Part shown: positions 61,534 through 64,000 of the stretch, piece after piece
Layout: every line of letters begins with the position of its first letter
How positions within the stretch are numbered: position 1 is the stretch's first letter
Origin: Nitrospirota bacterium
GTDB taxonomy: Bacteria; Nitrospirota; Nitrospiria; Nitrospirales; NS-4
Length of the DNA: 64,000 nucleotides
Assembly: GCA_963788195.1 (NCBI GenBank)
Contig: CAWBGA010000017.1
Span: 64,001 to 128,000 of the forward strand
Reading direction: 5' to 3'
Translations under genes and position numbers: made by a program
The notes under the pieces: model-generated
The model's database searches: none
Told to the model about the DNA's origin: nothing
Seen by the model: only the letters and a program-made list of their open reading frames with translations

Positions 61534-62751
61534 TCAAAATGGAAAATCCAGGCCGGCAAAGACCGCATTGCCGTCTTTACTGGTCGCGACATCCACCCGT
61601 CCGACCACATTCGGACGCGCAATCGCTCGGAAGCCGATCCCTGGATTAATTTCATAATTGGAAAGCCACCGGTATCCGATATTGCTCATCACTTTGCCGA
61701 TATCCAAAAAAGGCGCGGTTTCGACTTCTGCGACAGTGCCGAAGAATCGTAAGTGGAACAACTGGATCCGCTCCTCCAAATTAAAGACGATCGAGTGGTC
61801 ATCAACAAAACGGCCGATCCCGAACCCTCGCAAAGAGCTCTGCCCGCCTAGCATGCTTCGCTCGAAGAAAGGAATGTCCGCGCCGCCGAGGGCTGCTTCG
61901 AACTTCCCGCGAAACGCAAAGGTGTATCGCTTGGTCTGATTGGGAATGAGTTTACGATATTCAACACCGTACTTGCTAAAGAAGGTCGTCCGGGCGGCGG
62001 TAAATGCCTGCGCCGATTCCGCATACACGGCGAAGTAAGATCCAATCGTGGGGGTCACCGTATCATCGCGGGTATCGCTTAAAAACCCCAGCCTGTTGCC
62101 GGAAATCGTCGCCCCGCCCATTCCTGGGACACTGGGAAAAACCGACTGGGTGAACGAGAGATCCGGAATACCCCCTGGCTGAAGCTCCACGTTGCGCAGC
62201 CGTTGTGTGAAAAGCACCCGTTGCCCGGGGCCCACATAGATTCCGGCCGAGACATACCCATAAAGCTCGCGGTCCGTGTAGTTGGTCTCATTGTCCTGCG
62301 GGACCTTGGCGCCGATACCGAAAAACCGCGCGGTCGCGTTCTTGAAGAAGCCGGCGCTGGCCTCGAAGCTGTAGCGGCCTCCGGCCAAATACAAGTTGCG
62401 ATACGTCCCGAGGAATTTTCGTTCGATTTTCTCCGTGTAAGAGGCAAGAAAGGTGATCTCCTCGCCACGCCTCGGGTATTTGAAAAAATTAAAAGTGACA
62501 CGCGAACCAAGGAACTCGTTGTTCACGTACATGGGCGCAATGATCTGGGTGATCCGCCCGTCCTTGTCGTTGAAGATGAACGGCACAATAATCCCGCCAT
62601 CGACCCCGTCATTCTTTGAATTTGCGATCGCGGGAATGAGAAAGTAATTCCAGTCTCGAGCCTCGACGTTCGCCGTCGAAAGCGCGATGAGCGCAAGCAT
62701 AGCGGCGAGCACCGCTCCCGAGCGCACAAGAGAGCTCTTACGGAACCTCAT
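61534..62751 (-). CDS. Omp85/BamA-TamA-like outer-membrane beta-barrel lacking POTRA domains
   Basis: Signal peptide; LGG..SLRGF...RF; C-terminal FAGLDFPF. Confidence 0.75.
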   Translation of the reverse strand: MRFRKSSLVRSGAVLAAMLALIALSTANVEARDWNYFLIPAIANSKNDGVDGGIIVPFIFNDKDGRITQIIAPMYVNNEFLGSRVTFNFFKYPRRGEEITFLASYTEKIERKFLGTYRNLYLAGGRYSFEASAGFFKNATARFFGIGAKVPQDNETNYTDRELYGYVSAGIYVGPGQRVLFTQRLRNVELQPGGIPDLSFTQSVFPSVPGMGGATISGNRLGFLSDTRDDTVTPTIGSYFAVYAESAQAFTAARTTFFSKYGVEYRKLIPNQTKRYTFAFRGKFEAALGGADIPFFERSMLGGQSSLRGFGIGRFVDDHSIVFNLEERIQLFHLRFFGTVAEVETAPFLDIGKVMSNIGYRWLSNYEINPGIGFRAIARPNVVGRVDVATSKDGNAVFAGLDFPF

Positions 62752-62781
62752 GGTGACAAAGGTTCGCGTTTTCGATCTAGA

Positions 62782-63435
62782 CTATTGGGCCCGTGACCGT
62801 TCAGGAACCGCCCCGGGGGCCCCGATGAGGTCTGCCTTTTCGCGAATCGTCTTATTTAATACTTCAAATGACTCTTTGCGCAGGATGCGCTTGAACTGCT
62901 CGCGATAGTTGCTCACTAGCCCGGTCCCTTCTACTATGACGTCGTAGACGCGCCAGTCGCCGTCGCGTTGTTCCATCTTATAGTCAATCGGGATCATCGA
63001 TTTTCCCGTATCGATTTCGGTCCGGACCTCGGCATAATTACCGTCGATGACTTCCTTCAGATAACGAACCTTCTCGCCGGAGTAGTTTTCGATGCGGCCC
63101 AGATAGGAATTTGCCAACAAGGTCCGGAAGGAGTTGACGAACTCCTTGCGCTCCTCAGGGGTGCGCTTCGCCCATTCCGCTCCGATCGTGCGTTTCGCCA
63201 TCTCCTCGAAGTTAAAGCGCTTGGCGATGACCTCCTCCAGCCGCTTGCGTCGCTCCTCTTTAGTCTCCGCTTTCTTGAGCCCAGGATCCTCGACCACGCG
63301 CAGGACTTCATCAACAGACTGCTTCAGAGCATCCGTGGGCGAACCCGCCGAGGCCACGCCTCCGATGGTGACCGCGAAAGCGATCAGCAGACTTGTCGTA
63401 AGTACCCCTTGTTTGATGACCATACGCTTTCGCAT
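62782..63435 (-). CDS. mlaC: MlaC/Ttg2D phospholipid-binding periplasmic protein
   Basis: FNFEEMAK; WRVYDVIVEG.GLVSNYREQF. Confidence 0.9.
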   Translation of the reverse strand: MRKRMVIKQGVLTTSLLIAFAVTIGGVASAGSPTDALKQSVDEVLRVVEDPGLKKAETKEERRKRLEEVIAKRFNFEEMAKRTIGAEWAKRTPEERKEFVNSFRTLLANSYLGRIENYSGEKVRYLKEVIDGNYAEVRTEIDTGKSMIPIDYKMEQRDGDWRVYDVIVEGTGLVSNYREQFKRILRKESFEVLNKTIREKADLIGAPGAVPERSRAQ

Positions 63436-63494
63436 TCAGCTCTCCCTCTATTCCGTATCTGCGGTTGGTGTGGATTCCTCGACTTTCGCGCTCA

Positions 63495-63998
63495 TCATTT
63501 CGCTGACTTCTTAGTCGCCTCAGGTTTTGTTTTCTCGCCGTTTCCGCTGTTGCCCGCGCTTCCATGGATGAATTCACCGATGATGGCCTCCAGGTCGACG
63601 CCCGACTCAGTATCCCGGATTTTGCCTCCGGGCGCCAACTCCTTGTCGGACCCACCCGGCGATAGTGAGACATACTTGTCGCCGATGAGACCACGGGTCT
63701 TGATGGCCGCAATGGCGTCCTGGTACACCTTGACGTGCGGCTGCAGTGCCAGCGTCACAAGCGCATGTTCCCCGTCCAATGCAATCCGTTTCACCTGTCC
63801 CACTTGGACACCGGCCACCTCGACGGGGGATCCGGTTTTCAATCCGGCGACAGAGTCGAAGACTGCGGTGACATGGTATTGACGGCTGCTGATGACTTCC
63901 AACTTTCCAAGCTTCACGGCCAGATACGTCAAGGCCGCGAGACCAATGAGGACAAAGACCCCTACGATCAGCTCCAGTTTCGTATCCTTTGCGGTCAT
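63495..63998 (-). CDS. mlaD: MlaD MCE-domain protein
   Basis: ELIVGVFV TM; FDSVAGLK.GSPV.VAGVQVG.V; GLIGDKYV. Confidence 0.92.
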   Translation of the reverse strand: MTAKDTKLELIVGVFVLIGLAALTYLAVKLGKLEVISSRQYHVTAVFDSVAGLKTGSPVEVAGVQVGQVKRIALDGEHALVTLALQPHVKVYQDAIAAIKTRGLIGDKYVSLSPGGSDKELAPGGKIRDTESGVDLEAIIGEFIHGSAGNSGNGEKTKPEATKKSAK

Positions 63999-64000
63999 CG

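Overview
This is a 64-kb chromosomal segment of a GC-rich bacterium, most likely Nitrospirota (Nitrospira-like). The assignment rests on a 12-gene respiratory cluster (two CydA-like bd-like oxidase subunits without CydB, Rieske/cytochrome b, several c-type cytochromes and an EbdC/NxrC-like heme b subunit), together with hpnH, dxs-ispG and mlaDC. Other contents are HU, LigD, an RRM protein, Lhr helicase, tRNA-Thr(CGT), tRNA-Cys(GCA) and several signalling proteins. At least ten single-base frameshifts, one of them in dxs, point to uncorrected long-read indels rather than real pseudogenes. The strongest candidate for an undescribed system is at 26.8-31.6 kb. There, a PilZ (c-di-GMP receptor) domain is fused to a UndA-type diiron fatty-acid decarboxylase domain, is preceded by three 23-bp direct repeats, and is followed by a histidine kinase with two tandem 7TM sensor modules. 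This resembles a signal synthase/receptor pair. Other notable items are a 3.1-kb integrase-less island at tRNA-Thr (small secreted Cys peptide, Fe/2OG dioxygenase, GT4), a duplicated subtilase locus with a free-standing propeptide-like gene and an unrecognised 108-109-aa repeat, a caspase-like lipoprotein lacking its catalytic dyad, and a metallopeptidase/ATP-grasp pair. All family assignments come from motif recognition by eye; no database searches were run.
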